Of a DNA stretch of 38,204 nt, positions 12,439 to 26,700 are shown piece by piece. How positions within the stretch are numbered: the first letter of the stretch is position 1; each line of letters begins with the position of its first letter. A model generated the notes under the pieces. It was not told where the DNA came from, made no database searches, and saw only the letters and a program-made list of their open reading frames with translations. Position numbers and translations under genes: made by a program. The stretch is from Jimgerdemannia flammicorona (lineage: Eukaryota). The DNA lies in the NCBI GenBank assembly GCA_003990765.1, contig RBNJ01000166.1, positions 1-38,204 on the forward strand. Reading direction: 5' to 3'.

Positions 12439-12937
12439 CAAACACATATATACTCAAATGGTCTCAGCTTTAAGAGAGTATCTCCTTGATATAACAAGCT
12501 CTTTACTACTAGAAAACATCTGTCCAACTAGTGCACTTATTGTGAAAATAGTCAGATAATCTCTGGCCATATTACTCAAATTAGAAAAGTCCATTTGATA
12601 TCCCTATAAATTTAAAATATAAGAAATTTTAAAGCTAAAAACTTGCAATATTTAATAAAAATAATTATAAAAATTCTTATCTTCTACTAATCTAATGTAC
12701 TAATATCCTCTAATAAGACTACTCAATCAGTAAACAAATACATTGTAAGCTCATCTATTGAAGATTTTCTTTTTCTTTTTTTACTATAAAGATGCTATAT
12801 AATGGAATTATTTACATAGTTATCTAAACTATAGTCAGAACTCAGTAGAGGTATATAGTTTTTCTGATATATGTTAGTAATTGATTGCTCTGCCTCCTCA
12901 ATAAATTCTTTTTTCTAGTTTTGATCTTTATAATATT

Positions 12938-13401
12938 TGTAATAATTTCACAGTCATATTTAGTCTTAATACATTTTCACATCTTTTAGTTAGTCTTTTC
13001 TTGTTATTTCTTGAATATTCTACTATACTCCACCACCTTCTACTTACTTAGAAATCTTCTCTCAGTACCCAGATATTACTAAAACATTCTTATCTTTCCT
13101 TGACACTAAGTATCTTATCTTAGCTAGTTATGGAATCTTTCAGAACATTGTAGAATAGTATTAGTCAGCTTTGCTAAGAATCTATTTCTTGGTATTTCTC
13201 TTTCTTTTTAAAATCCTTCTGGATTTTTCTTTCAGATTATATATAAATATCCTTATTCTCTATCTGAATAAAGCTCAGAATATTTTCTCCTAGAAATCCT
13301 TTGAGAATACTTGAACCTTTAAGTATCTCTTCAAACTACTTTAGGCCAACTAGAACTTCCAGATTAAGCTACTTTCTCTAAAAGAAACTAGAACTATTAT
13401 A
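12938..13401 (+). mobile_element. Solo LTR, 464 bp, of a separate family
   Basis: TGTAATA...TATTATA (CA>TA) inverted termini. 5-bp TSD ATATT at 12933-12937 and 13402-13406. TATATAAA near 13239 and AATAAA near 13267. Removing it restores the hAT-2 reading frame. Confidence 0.8.
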
Positions 13402-14234
13402 ATATTAGAGCTTTAATTGTAGATCTAAAACTGATCAAATATTAGAATTATAATTAAAATAATAAAATTTCTTATTTTAATTTATAAAAAATAATACTTT
13501 ACTCACTGATACTGACAGAAAATACAGAAGTACTTGTTTTTGAATAATATTTTTTAAGCTTCTTCAAAGCTACTTCAATAGCTTTCTTTTGTCTTAAGAG
13601 AAATATATCTTTATTCTTCAAAAGTCTTCAAGTTGATCAATTAAAAGATTATATACTAGAATTGCAGAATATATTATTGGAAACTTTTGCTAAACAACTT
13701 CATTTATATATTCATTAAAATGCTAAAGAAAAATAAAGAGTAAAAGTATAAAAAAAGATAAATAAAGTAAAACTAAATCTACAAAAATACTAATAAATAC
13801 CTTTTTACTTACCTCTAAAACTTTAACAACTTTTCTCAATTTTGCCTACTTATTTTCTTCAATTATCATATCTTGCATATCTTTATTAGTAGTAGCTATA
13901 GAATCTAGTGCCTAAATTATATATATTTGAATAAGTTAATATTAATTAATAAGTTAAATTCTATTTTATAATATTATTATTAATAATCTATATATTATAA
14001 CAAGTATTAGTACTTATTCAATCATTATAAATATTGAGTTCTAATGTATACTGACATTTAAAACAAGTTCTTTTAGATTAAGAGAGATTGCTTTATACTG
14101 TTTAACAAGTTTTTTTCACCATAGTAGTGATGATCAAATTGTAACAATTAATTTATATAACTTTGAAATAGTATTAGAGCTCTTGCTAGTTTCACTCCAA
14201 TTACTAAATAGTGGTGTGAGATAATCTTAAGTAG

Positions 14235-14734
14235 TGTAATGGTCAATCTGAATTAGTAATATAAATTAGAGAAATTAAACATTTGATCATAGTACCTGAA
14301 TCTAATTCCCAATATAGCTTAGCCTTACAAATAGCAGTCATATTTTACAAGTGTAGAAACTTTAACATTCATAGAAACTTTGGCAACTGTAGAAATTCTA
14401 CAGATGTAAATCCTTCACAATTGTAAAGATTCTAGCAGATGTAGAGAATTTATATGTACTTACTGACTCACAGAAAACATAGTCATAACTTAGCCATCTT
14501 ATAGTTAGCAAAACTTGTATAAATAACCCAGTATCTTAGAGTGAATAAACCTCAGATCAAAATAGTTCAAAGCAAAGAGATAGCAAAGGAACTAATAAGC
14601 CTGTGGGTAGATATACTTCGAACTCACCCACTCTCCCCTGCAACTTCAAGAGACTCTGCAAGAGTCAGAACAGTCAAGTTTTCAAGATATAGAAATCTGA
14701 TATACTTTCAAGAGTAAGCATCTGCTATGTTACA
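14235..14734 (+). repeat. 5' LTR of family C
   Basis: TGTAATGGTCAATC...TGTTACA; direct repeat of 20478-20962. Confidence 0.93.
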
Positions 14735-14848
14735 ACTTAGTACCCATTGGCTGATGATTTAAGACGAATCCCTCACTTTCAAGCTAAACAATGAACAACC
14801 ACCTCTACCTGAACAACTATACAAACTGAGCCCCAATACCCAGACAAG

Positions 14849-17800
14849 ATGGATATGAGACCACCAGTATTCTATGGATATACCTCAGATGAATCAATTA
14901 TCACCTTCATTGATGATTTTGAGCAGTATGCTACTGTAAGGACCCTGACAGCAGCACAGCAAGTAGCCCTCATGCCCTTCAGCCTACAAGGTCCTGCTAG
15001 AGCAGTATTCACAGCTGCAACCCATGCAGGAAATGATGCCAATGCTATACTGACAGCACAGAAGACCTGGCTCTGAAATACATATTATATAGATGAGATC
15101 AAGCAACCCCTGAAGGATCAGCTCAATACAACATACTAAGAAATGAGTGAGGATCTAAATACATTCTATACCAGAATTCGATATCAGATAGTCCTTGCAG
15201 ATTATGCTACTGCTATCCGAGATCAAGTAGCCGAAGCAACCTTCATAAAAGGAGTCTATCCAGAAATAGCCATGGCTATCTGCTCATCACCAGTGATTCT
15301 GGATCTGCTACAAAAGGTCACCTATGCTCAGCAATACTGGATAGCCAGACACCCACAAGACCATACAATGGAGAGAGTTACAGGAGTTAGAATTGAGACA
15401 CCTAAGTCAACCAGTGTAATCCCTACCACAATGATCAATTGAAACACACCTCAGCCCAAAGCTACAGAGCAGCAAAAGAATAGTGACCCTTTGGAGGAAC
15501 TTACCAAGAGATTCATGGAAATGACTACCCACTTGAGAGATGTGGTAAAGGAAATTCAAGGAAGAGACTACCACCCTGTTCAGAAGTTTGCCGCCACCTC
15601 AGACAAGAAGAAAGGTACCTGCTATAGCTGTGGAGAAGAAGACCACTACTCATATGAATGTATGAGTGAAACTAAGCATAAGGCCCAATCAAGCAATGCT
15701 GCTAGAAATAAGGAATAGGCCAATATAATCACCTTTGAAGAAATCAGAGTATCCAATGAAGAGGAATGAGAGGCCTATCCTGCTCAGACCATCAAGAAGG
15801 ATATTCGTAAAGAACCCTACAAGAGACCACCAGGAAGACTCAAGAAGAACCCAGTGGAAAAGCAGATGGAAACTGCTACAGAAAGCCAAGCTGAAGAGAT
15901 GGACCAAGATATGGAGCTGGAGCAAGCAGTTCAAGATATCATCCAAGGAACCACTCCAGCCAGTGAAGAAGAAAAAGAAAAAAAGCTTCACAAGACTAAG
16001 ACCTTCAAGTATGATATCTTCAAGGACCTCCGTCAACAAAAGGTCAATGCAACCTTTGGTCAGCTCACAGAAATCCCAACATTCAGACAGCAAATGAGGT
16101 TTGGACTTGCCGAAACAACTAAGGAACAAGGATGGAAGATAACTGAGGCCAATATCATTCAAGAGGACTCAGGAGAAGAAAGTGAAGACAATCGCAAAAC
16201 CTCCACCTATGCTATCTGCCAGATCGAGGACTGAGTCTTTAAAGCCATTATCGATACAGGAGCAGGAGAATGTCTCATCACTAAGAAAGCAGTAGACCAC
16301 CTAGGCTGGGAGATAGAAGAAGCCACCAAATTGGTATTTGTTATAGCTGATAGAACATGAGCAACACCTCTGGAAAGGATCTGGGATGTACCCATCAAGT
16401 TTGGAGAAGTCATCATTCTGGTAGATATTATTGTCACTAATGCAACCAACTATTATATGTATCCTCATTAGCAATCAATGGCTTCACAAAGCCAAGGCAA
16501 TGATCAATCTCAGTGCACAGAAGATGCAAATCATCTACTGGGGAAAGAAGGTCAGAATTCCCATTAATGTCCACAAAGGAGTCCACCCTGAGATAGAGGA
16601 AGAGCAAGAAGAAGAAACCTATATGGTTACCACAAAGAAAGGAAAAGATAAGCAGTGGATAGAGGAAGAATGGTACAAAAGGATTGCAGACAGATACACC
16701 CCACTAGGCAGGTGTCCCTATGGTGAAAGAATATACTGTGCCCAGCACTTGGATCGCTGCTACTCCTGCATCATCAAAGTGAAAAAGATCTCCAACAAGC
16801 CAAAGAAGAACCAGGAGAAACTAGAAGATGGACCACCAGAGCTATTGAATGACAGCAATGATGAAGAAGACATCACAGTCAAGATATGAAGGATTCACTC
16901 CAATGCAGTCTTACCACAGTACAAATCAGAGAATACAGCAGGAATAGACCTATCTACTACAACATACACAATCCTCAAACTGCAAACCACTACTATGCTG
17001 GGAATAGGAATCGAAGTAACCATCCCACCAAATCATGTTGGAATCCTCAAGACAAGGAGTAGCTTGGCAAAAAGTGAAATATCCATAGAAGGAGGAGTCA
17101 TTGATTCAGACTATATAGGAGAAATCCTCCTCCTCATTAGGAATCATAATCCAACAATCCCATTTGAAGTAAAGAAGAAGGATCGGCTGGCACAAATGCT
17201 CATCCTACCTGTCCTTAACCCAAGAATCAAGGAAGTCACAAACATCAGACAAACTCAGTGAGGAAGAGCTGGATTCGGCTCTACAGGAAGAGAAGTCCTT
17301 GTAGCAACCAAGATTACAGAATTGGAGCACAAGAAGGAGAAAAGCCAAGACAAATACACTTATATAATTGGAAAGAACTTTCCCCTCAGGAAGGAGTTAC
17401 AGAACCTCTTGCATACATTTGAAGATATACTGGCCACAGATTTCAAGGACATCAAGACCAAGAAACCCTTATACTATCATGATGTCAATACTGGAGATGT
17501 GAAACCAATTTATCAAAAAGCCCACTCTATTCTGCCAGTATACAGGGAATGGCTCAAGACTGAAATTAAGGAAATGGAGGAATCCAGTATTATTAAGGAA
17601 GCCAGCAGCCCTTGGTCTTCACCTATTGTCCTTATACCAAAGAAAGGAAGCCAATCAGGAGAATTTTCACCAAGACTCTGCACAGACTATAGAAGACTCA
17701 ATGAGGTCACAGAGAAGGATAGACAACCATTGCCCAACATTGGTGACATTCTTATCATGCTGAGAAATGAATCACAATTTTACATCACTTTGGATCTGTT

Positions 17801-19994
17801 CTCAGGATTCTACCAAATTGACCTTATATCTGAAGCCAAAAGATCAGCCTTCATCACTCCTGATAGAATCTATGTTTATCTCCACATGCCCTTTAGAATG
17901 TGCAATGTACTAGCAAGCTTCCAGTAAATGATGAATAGCATCTTCAAGGATATTATGGAAAAATGGATGATGGTATATGTGGATGATGTGATCATCTTCA
18001 GCTGAATAGCCAAGGAGCACTTGGAATATATTGAAGAAATCCTCAGAAGGCTTCGCAAAAATAGCCTCTACATTAAGCCCAAGAAATGCAAATTTGGAGA
18101 AGAAGAAATCACATACCTCAGACATATCATCAATCACAAAGGAATACACACAGATCCCACAAAGATCAAGGCAGTAGCAGTATATCTGGTACCTACCAGT
18201 GTCACTGAAGTCTGAGCCTTCATGGGACTAGTATCCTATTACAGGAGATTTATTTGAAGATTCTCCTACATTGCCAGCCCTATCTACAATCTGTTCAGAA
18301 AAGAGGTCAAGTTCCAGTAGACACAACAATAGCAACTAGCCTTTGATAAACTCAAGATCAGGCTGACCCAGGCCCCAATCTTGAGAAGACCTGACTAGAT
18401 ACAAGAATTTATTCTACAGACAGATGCCAGTGCAATGGGACTTGGAGCTGTCCTTGCATAGAAGAAGAATGGCACTGAGTATATAATAGCCTATCTCAGC
18501 CAAGGTACTTATGGAGCAGAGCAGTCCTATGAGTTATATAAGCTAGAATGTCTTGCAGTCATCTGGGCTGTAGAGAAGTTCCACTATTACCTAACAGGCA
18601 GATACTTCACCATCCAGACAGACCACTCAGCACTCACCTGGTTGCTTACCACCAGTGAACCCAAAGGAATCTATGCCTGATAGATCATGAAGCTGCAAGC
18701 ATATGATGCCACAATCACTCACCATCCCAGAAGAACCAATGCCAATACTGATGCCCTCTCACAGACACTCCGAAGGACCCCACCCCCACAAAATCACCAT
18801 GAATAGAGAGCTGTACTATGGAATCATCAGCTATCTGGGGTAGCAAAAGATGCCCCCACATCTGGAAGAATAAATAAAAACAATTATTAATCGGACATAG
18901 AAACAATTCAAAACTGATGGAGAAATACTCAAGAAAGGACAACAATTAGTCATCCCTGAGCACCAGAAGAATCAAGTAATGAAAGAAGTACATGAACAAG
19001 ACCACATAGGAGGAACAAATACATATGACAAAGCAAGAAGGACTATGTGGTGGCCTGGAATGGAAGAAGATATCAGACAATTTGTCAGAACCTGTGACAA
19101 ATACCAGAAACAGAAACAAGACCAATGAAACCAGACCCCAGGATCAGTATGCATAGAACTAGTACTATTTGCCCACATAGCAATGGATATAATTGGCCCT
19201 CTACCCTTGACCCTGACTGATAACTGATATATCATTGTCATCATAGACCTTTTTATAAAGTGGATAGAAGCAGGACCCCTCAAGGAAGCCAATGTACAGT
19301 CAATCGCTGATTTCTTCTACAAGGAATCATCTGCCGGTTCAAGACCCCAATACAAGTAACTACAGATAGAGGAACAGAATTTGTGAATCAGCTCTTTGAG
19401 GTTCTCTACAAGAAGTACAAGATCCAGTACATTCAGACCACAACCTATCACCCCCAAGAAAATAGACAAGTAGAAAGGACCAATAAGACTCTCAAGAATG
19501 TTATCACTAAGATCTGTGATAACTATGAAAACTGAGATCACTATCTGCCAATAGCATTATCCACTCTCCAGGATATCCAATCATAAAGTACCCACTTTAC
19601 CCCTCAAGAAATGCTGTTCAGAGAAGAATATTCTCAGGGAACCCTATCATCTAATGGAGATGCTGTATGGAAATATGTGGATATGGAAATATGGAGACTA
19701 TACCAAATCAGGAAGAAGGCTGAGGATTACATAACTAAGGTGCAGACACTACAACAGAGGAATGCAGAAAAAACCCACCTAGAGATTATCAAGATAGGAG
19801 ACAAAGTCCTAATGTATTAGAATATAATAGAAGCTTCATGGTTATGAAAACTGGAGCCCAAGTGGGAAGGACCTTACCTTGTGCAAGATATAAAAGGGAC
19901 CACCTTTTGGCTATGAAAACTCTCAGGCACAATCATCCCCACTACTATCCACCGAAACAGACTTAAGAAGTACCATGACCAGCCAATGAAGTAA
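14849..19994 (+). pseudogene. gag-pol polyprotein, degraded
   Basis: RPPVFYG Gag start; CYSCGEEDHYSYEC knuckle; AIIDTGAG protease; SPWSSPIVL, CTDYRRLN, LDLFSGFYQI, VYVDDVII (RT); LQTDAS, LECLAVIW, TDHSAL (RNase H); HEQDHIG..CDK, TDRGTEF, YHPQEN (IN). Many TGA/TAG stops from C>T. Confidence 0.95.
16870..17290 (+). other. dUTPase domain between protease and RT
   Basis: All five motifs: TAGIDL, RSSLA, GGVIDSDYIGE, RLAQ, *GRAGFGSTG. Confidence 0.92.
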
Positions 19995-20499
19995 TGCAGC
20001 TACCCTCAAGATCACCAGTGCTGCCCAATGAGCCATAGAGAGACAATGGTGTTCTACTGAATCACCAACAATGGAGGAATCCTTTGATAGTATACAAAGT
20101 ATAGTCCAGACCCACCTATTACAAATTTTGCACTTCAAAGCCTACCAGATATGAACTGAGTTTCAGAAATACTTCAAGCTAGAACAACTACTGAATTCAA
20201 ATCTGAAGATGGGGAAAGAAGACTGGATTAAAGAATGTTAGCTCACCTATATTCAGATTATGATCACTAAGAGAGTGTACAAATTATTCAAAGATGATGA
20301 GTCAGCTCTAGCTCATCTTCAAGAAGTAATCCTAGGAGATTTTGGACAGGTTAGGAGACAATATTGGAAGAACGTGATGGCGCAAATTGCATAGTACAAG
20401 GAGATACAGATCATAGAAGCCTGGGAGTTTGAGTGAATAGGATACTTCAGGGATGAATCACCTATTCAGGAGGAAGTTGTGATGGTCAATCCGAATTAA
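19975..20499 (+). pseudogene. Extra ~174-aa ORF after integrase, running through the PPT into the 3' LTR; product unknown
   Basis: One frame of 175 codons from ATG 19975 to TAA 20497-20499, with no frameshift. All six internal stops are TGA or TAG, revertible to CGA/CAG. Confidence 0.6.
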
Positions 20500-20962
20500 T
20501 AACATGAATTAGGGGAATTAGACATTTGATCGCAGTATCTGAATTCAATTCCCAATATAGCTTAGCCTTACAAATAGCAGTCATATTTTACAAGTGTAGA
20601 AATTTTAACATTCATAGAAACTTTGACAACTGTAGAAATTCTACAGATGTAAATCCTTCACAATCATAAAGATTCTGGCAGATATAGAGAATTTACACTT
20701 ACTGACTCACAGAAAATGTAGTTATAACTTAGCCACCTTATAGTTAGCAAAACTTATATAAATAACCCAGTATCTTAGAGTGAATAAACCTCAAATCGAA
20801 ATAGTTCAAAGCAAAGAGATAGCAAAGGAACTAGTAAGCCTACAGGCAGATACACTTTGAACTCATCCACCCTCCCCTGCAACTTCAAGAGACTCTGCAA
20901 GAGTCAGAACAGTCAAGTTTTCAAGATACATACTTTTAAGAGTAAGCATCTGCTACATTACA
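20478..20962 (+). repeat. 3' LTR of family C
   Basis: TGTGATGGTCAATC...CATTACA. Confidence 0.93.
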
Positions 20963-21177
20963 GTAGTAAGATTCAGAATATAGGCTTGATACTACATATA
21001 TACATATAATTGTTGTTAGCATCAAAGATTATATTTTTCTATTAAAGTTTTATTATCAAAATATAAAGAAATGTGATATTATTAGAGACATTATCTATTA
21101 TAATAGTTAATATCTATATTTTAAATTTTTGATATATAAAATTATATAGAAAGTAATTAATAATTAAAAGTAAAAAA

Positions 21178-21210
<33 letters not shown>

Positions 21211-23377
21211 TCTCTTTTTATATTAGTTTAAAAATAAAAAATTCTATATCTTAGTTACAATTCTGAGCTCACAAATATAGTTTATAAATACTTCTGCAAT
21301 ATTTTCTCTAGAGTAAGGACTCTCAAGCTTTATAAAGTCAAGAGTAAGAGTTTGAAGCTACCAATTGGAATCAATCTAATATTCAGTAATACTAAGAAAT
21401 GAAATAATATTGGGAAATATCTAGATATCAATTATAAATGAAATTTTACCTATAATAATTACTAATATTTTATCTAAAGCTTTTGATGAAGATTATTATA
21501 TTCTTTTTTATAAGTCTCCATAATATATATTATTATGAATAGTATCAATACTTGGGGTATATAAATTAGGCTTGAGAAGACTAAAGAGACTTTATAAAGA
21601 AGTACTCTCAATTGCTATAAATAATTAATCATTATATATAATCTAATAAACAAGTCAATTTTGAAACTCTAGAGCAGAATATAGCTAAATTGAGGGGGGT
21701 TTTTTTTAAGTATAAAAGATATATTTTCAAATTTATACTAAAATAAAAAGGAGATCACCTACTTACTATAGCTGAAATATTAATTTTACTTAATACTATA
21801 TTTAACTCTATTTTATCTGAATATTGGGCCTTTATATATTTTATCATATTTGTTATAGAACAACTATATATTTTATATTTCTGCCTATATTTTAAATTTT
21901 TTATATTTATATCAAATAAACTATAAATATATTCAATATATAAGTATACAACCTCCAAGCCACTGAAATCACATATTACTCTCAGAACTAATTTGGAAAC
22001 TACATGTGAGACTACAAAACAAATTACTGAAGAGATCACCTAGTTATACAAAATATACTAGTAAGTATGAGAACTTACTGTTAAGACACAAGAATACTAA
22101 AAGAAGTACTATAATCATAAGACTAACCCTGAACCTCTATAACTAATTTTGGTATACTATACTATTACAAAAGGAAACTGAAGTACCAAACTCAAACCAA
22201 GATGAGAAGAACCTTATCTCATCTATCAAAGGTTTACAAACTATACTTATCAACTTAAGACCAAGATATACTATAACTATATAAGACCTTATTACTTAGT
22301 AAAAGTAAAATACATTTGAATAACTTCATTTGCTCTATTTATATCACCTCTATTAGAGGATGACAAATGCTTCATCTAAACTCAAGAAAGCCAACATTAT
22401 TGAAACCAATCTCAAGCCTATCTACATAATAGATATTATAACTAGAAATTACCTCAGATTATAGAAAATATCATTTCCAAGAGGTTTGAACCCCCAGCTA
22501 TGACAATGAGAGCCCTCATCCTAGACAAGAATAGCTAGTTCTTACAAATATACCAGCAGTCTAAAAAAAAAAAAAAGAGAACTAAGATCTGTTATTCTTA
22601 TACAATCATTACTACTGAGAATAGCTTTAATTTTGCAAGAGACAGAAGTGATAATATCTTTGAAACTAATGATATCAGAAGTCAGAAAACTGCTCAGACC
22701 TTATTAAAGATGATGTCATCAATAATGATATCATCAAAGACAACCAAGACAGTATCTAAATCTATAGATAGTCTAGTAGTTATTAGCATAGTTAGATTAG
22801 CCTTGTATGATGTAACTGTGAACTGACTCAGCAAGGCACTAAGTACTACATCTATATTTAACATAGTCTAGATAACCTCCTACTAGTATAAATATCCCCT
22901 CCCCCAGATCTCAGAATCTCAGACTCAAATAGGCAAGAACAACTCCTGAACACTTTCTCACAATATTCCTTCACATAACTACTTCTAGTATAGTAATATT
23001 ATAAATAGCAAATAAATCTATTTAATAACTCACAAACCACTCTTAAGTAAATCTGCTTCCCATTAAGTCTCACTCCTAACCATATTATGAAATTTCCTAA
23101 TTGGGTATTGTCTACAGTAATACACCAATTCAACTAAGCTGGTCTTAGTTTCTTAAACTTCCTGAAATATAGAAAATCCTGAATATCTAAAACTAGTCCA
23201 AATAAGAACTTTGGTTGAGATGTCAACCTGATCTTGAAATTAATAAGTGTAGAGGATATACTCTATATGAAATTAATCTTGACCTAAAAAAAACCATCTT
23301 CCAGAATATCCAGAACTTCCAGAAAACTCTTTCAGAACTATGTAATAGTTACCCTAATAAGTAACCCTCTTATAACT

Positions 23378-23389
23378 TGGTAGCAGTGG
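23378..23389 (+). promoter_or_regulatory. Primer-binding site TGGTAGCAGTGG, probably for initiator tRNA-Met
   Basis: 3 nt after the LTR end. TGGTAGC is complementary to the GCTACCA 3' end typical of tRNA-iMet. Confidence 0.65.
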
Positions 23390-26300
23390 TTTATAATCCA
23401 ATTCCACTTCAAGATACTTCCTTACCCTACTATAAATCCCTCTGAAAATTCCTACAAGTTGGTATAAAGCCCAACCTCTGAACTGGAATTTATCCTAAAC
23501 TATCTGATAATCTGAAGAGAATTAAATCTGACATATAAGGACAATTTGACCTCCACATCTGCAACAAGTGGGACAGACTTCATTTATAAAAAGAAGTACT
23601 TCAATTAAATCAGCAGATAGGCCAAACTCTATTTACTGATCTCCTTGCTCTATACCCCACAAGTTAAGATGAAGAAGGTCTTATAGAAGCCTTCTTTATT
23701 CTTCTCAATGAGAGTTTTGTCAGCTCTATAAATTTGAGCAATCTAGGACAACCAGCAGTAGTCTTTCTAATCTTAGTTCTTTATAAAGCCCAAGCCTCCA
23801 TAGCCAAGTAGCTCAACTCTACCAACTTTCACTATACCAAGACCAAGACCACCTTATACTACCACTTCCAGAATTGCAAGGCCTACTATATTCTTAAAGA
23901 AAAAGAGAAATTCTTCATCAATAATCTGACCCTGAACCAGAAGCAGGTCTAGCTACAACTCTATCTAAAACCAAGATCAATACTGAACTAGGATCTGACT
24001 TTAAATTAAGTCCATCTGAAATCTGATATATCTGATTCTGTCTACTTCAATGCCAAGCAAACCCAACTATATGGAGATCAAACTGAAGAGAAGGAGGAGT
24101 ATCTTAGTGAATTCAATTCTAAATATACTACTGAAGACATATCTCTATCAGAACAGAACATACCTATACAGCAATAGACAGCTATCTATTGAGCCCTCAC
24201 TTCAGACTCACAACTATTACTCCAGTAACTTACACAGACCCAAAGAACACCATCACACTCTGCACCAGTACCTCAAGTAGTTTCAGTAATACTACTACCA
24301 ATAGTCCAATGGCCTTTAGTAAACAATATGACAAATCAATAGATTCTAGACCTTACAGCCCAGGTAGCCATAATGGCAGCAATCATTACTATCTTAGCTA
24401 AACAGACCTGACTAATAAAAAATCTGAGTCTACCTATCTTCAATGGTACTGTACAAGAAGTCTAAAGCTTTATTAGTATAGTTGATACCAACTTTGAAGC
24501 CAACCAATAGACCAACAAGTGAGTTGCTGACTATCTTTTAATAAACAATTAAGACCACACTCTGGAATAACTCTTTGCTATTACTATGGCCTACATCTAT
24601 TGAGTTATTATATTCTTCTGAGAACCCACTGAAGAATAGTGACAAACCCTTCCTAAAAAAACCCCTTACATAGGACACCTGACCTGTAGTTGTCCAAAAT
24701 GCAACAAATAATACTCCAGGATATAGAGTCCATTCTGTAGCTGGACTCAAATAACTCATGATTACTCAATACTATGGTGAAACTATGATTACTGAATCTT
24801 AAGTTAAACTCTATAACTTCAAGTTTGATATATATAATAAGAAAGAATTCAAAACCTTCTGTACAAAACTCAAGTCACTCTTGAATACTGTTGGCCTAGG
24901 ATATATTACCAATAATGAAGTATGAAATAGTACAAGAGTAGACTATTTATTTGATATACTATCTGAATGGCTTATAAGAAAATCTGAGAACAAGGATGCC
25001 CAGTTAGTTGTGATTATCAATAATGATGCCTGGTAAGAATCAAGACTATGGTCAAGTAAATCCTAACAGCTAGACCAATTCTGCCTTGAAGACAATTCAA
25101 CAACAAGGAAAAAACTTAGACTAAGAAAGAAGAACCCAAGTATAAAATATCCCAAGCTCTCTCTATATCCACCTCATAGACACCCAGAAATCCTAAACCT
25201 ACCCAGCCAAGTACCTTCAAAAAACTCACTGAAGGAGAAAGAAATGAACTTTAAAGAAGCAGAGCATGCTTCTATTGCTAAAAGACAGGACATATAACCA
25301 GTGCCTACCCTAACTAAAAACCCTGAACAGCAATATGAGCAACTATTATCACCCTGTACTACCTCAACAATCTGATTACTAAGACATTAGACTTTGTTAA
25401 ATTAAGACCAACTGCCAAGGCCCCAACTAAAGAAAGTTAAAAGGCAGCTGGATATGACCTATATACAGCTAAATAAACTATAGTTTTTAACTGAGAAGTC
25501 AAGCAAGTCTATATAGAGATTAGCATCCAGATTCCTAAAGAATATATTGAAAGAATATGCTATCACAGCAGCCTAGCACTTAAAGAATTCTCAGTAGAAG
25601 GAAGAGTCATTGACAAAGATTATATAGGTGAAATCATTGTCCTCATCTAAAACCATAGTTGGATACTCTTCAAGATCTCTATTGGTTTTTGTATCACCCA
25701 GATCCTATTTGAGAAAATTGAATCAACTTTAATAGTCAAAAAAGTCCCTAAACTACTACCTACCATCTGAGGATCTAAAGGATTTGGCTCATTAAACAAG
25801 GCTCCAGTCCAATCTACTATAAGTAAAGAAGAATAATTCTATAAGAAAATTGAAGATGGATTTATACCAAGTGGCTGATACCCCCATGGTATTAGAATGT
25901 ACTCTTTCTGAATGATCAATGATTACTTCTCTTGTGGCTTAAAGAAAAACCAATAGAAGGAAAGCTCCTACCACTAAAATCACTATCATTGGATCAAACA
26001 AACTGCTTACACTTCAAGCTTTTATTAATAGAGCACCTATTAAGATTATGATAGACAGTAGTATCTCAGACAACTTCATTAATGAAGAAATAGCCAACAG
26101 ACTCAAGGTTCTGACCTCTCTAGTACAACAGACTCAAGCAATTACTATAGCTGATAGAACTTCTCATATTGTTAGCAAGGAAGATCTATCTTTTCAAATT
26201 GGTGACTATCAAGTATATGTTATCCTCCAGATTATACCACTTTTGGATAATGAAATCATCCTTGAGACCCCATAGTTAAAACAAGAGAACTTTATGATCA

Positions 26301-26700
26301 ATTGGGTAAACCATTCTCTGACTATCAAGAAAGGATACCACAATTTCAAATTATAAGGCAAAAAAGACCCACTCAATTCTAGTGACCCTAGATCAAAGAT
26401 CACTTATATCAATAAGCTATAGCTCAAGAAATTGGCCAAAAAATACCCTCTTTTTGCCATCTCTATCTACTCATCCAAAGAAGAACCCAAGAACTCTGAA
26501 GAAGACTTTTCCAAAGTTGATAGCTGTATTAGACCCCTACTACAGAAATTCTGAGATATATTCCTAAACTGAACTGTAAAACCACCTGTATCTATCATTA
26601 TTAATAACTAAGAAGAATACAAAGTTGAATAAATCCTCAACAAATACAGTCACAAGAACCATCCAAATGATATAACAATACTAGATCAAATTAGAAGACC
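23380..26700 (+). pseudogene. Gag-dUTPase-protease-chromodomain remnant (copy 2)
   Basis: CFYC*KTGHITSA near 25267-25310. dUTPase AAGYDL...GSKGFGS at ~25385-25795. MIDSSISDNFI protease at 26048. PPVSIIINN*EEYKVE*IL chromodomain start at ~26580. Confidence 0.85.

Larger units (their letters stand above)
14235..20962 (+). mobile_element. Full-length Ty3/Gypsy LTR retrotransposon with dUTPase (family C)
   Basis: LTRs 14235-14734 and 20478-20962 (TG...CA). TSD GTAG at 14231-14234 and 20963-20966. PPT AGGAGGAAG before 20478. Domain order gag-PR-dUTPase-RT-RH-IN. Confidence 0.95.
12439..21938 (-). pseudogene. Older, heavily AT-degraded hAT transposase (hAT-2), interrupted by LTR insertions at 12938-13401 and 14235-20962
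   Basis: Dimerization domain YQMDFSNLSNMARDYLTI..MFSSSKELVISRRYSLKAETI at ~12450-12600. DLQLKL*YYKDQN..IYQKNY is restored across the solo LTR. ELVLNVSIH*NS at ~14035-14070. QAYILNLT resumes right after the Gypsy element. Colinear with hAT-1. Confidence 0.85.

Noticed and set aside
16431..16460. Programmed frameshift in family C
   Set aside because: The shift falls inside the protease domain and I see no slippery site; decay is more likely.
16870..17290. dUTPase in a Gypsy element as novel by itself
   Set aside because: dUTPase capture by LTR retroelements is already known; only the linked module and the order swap are reported.
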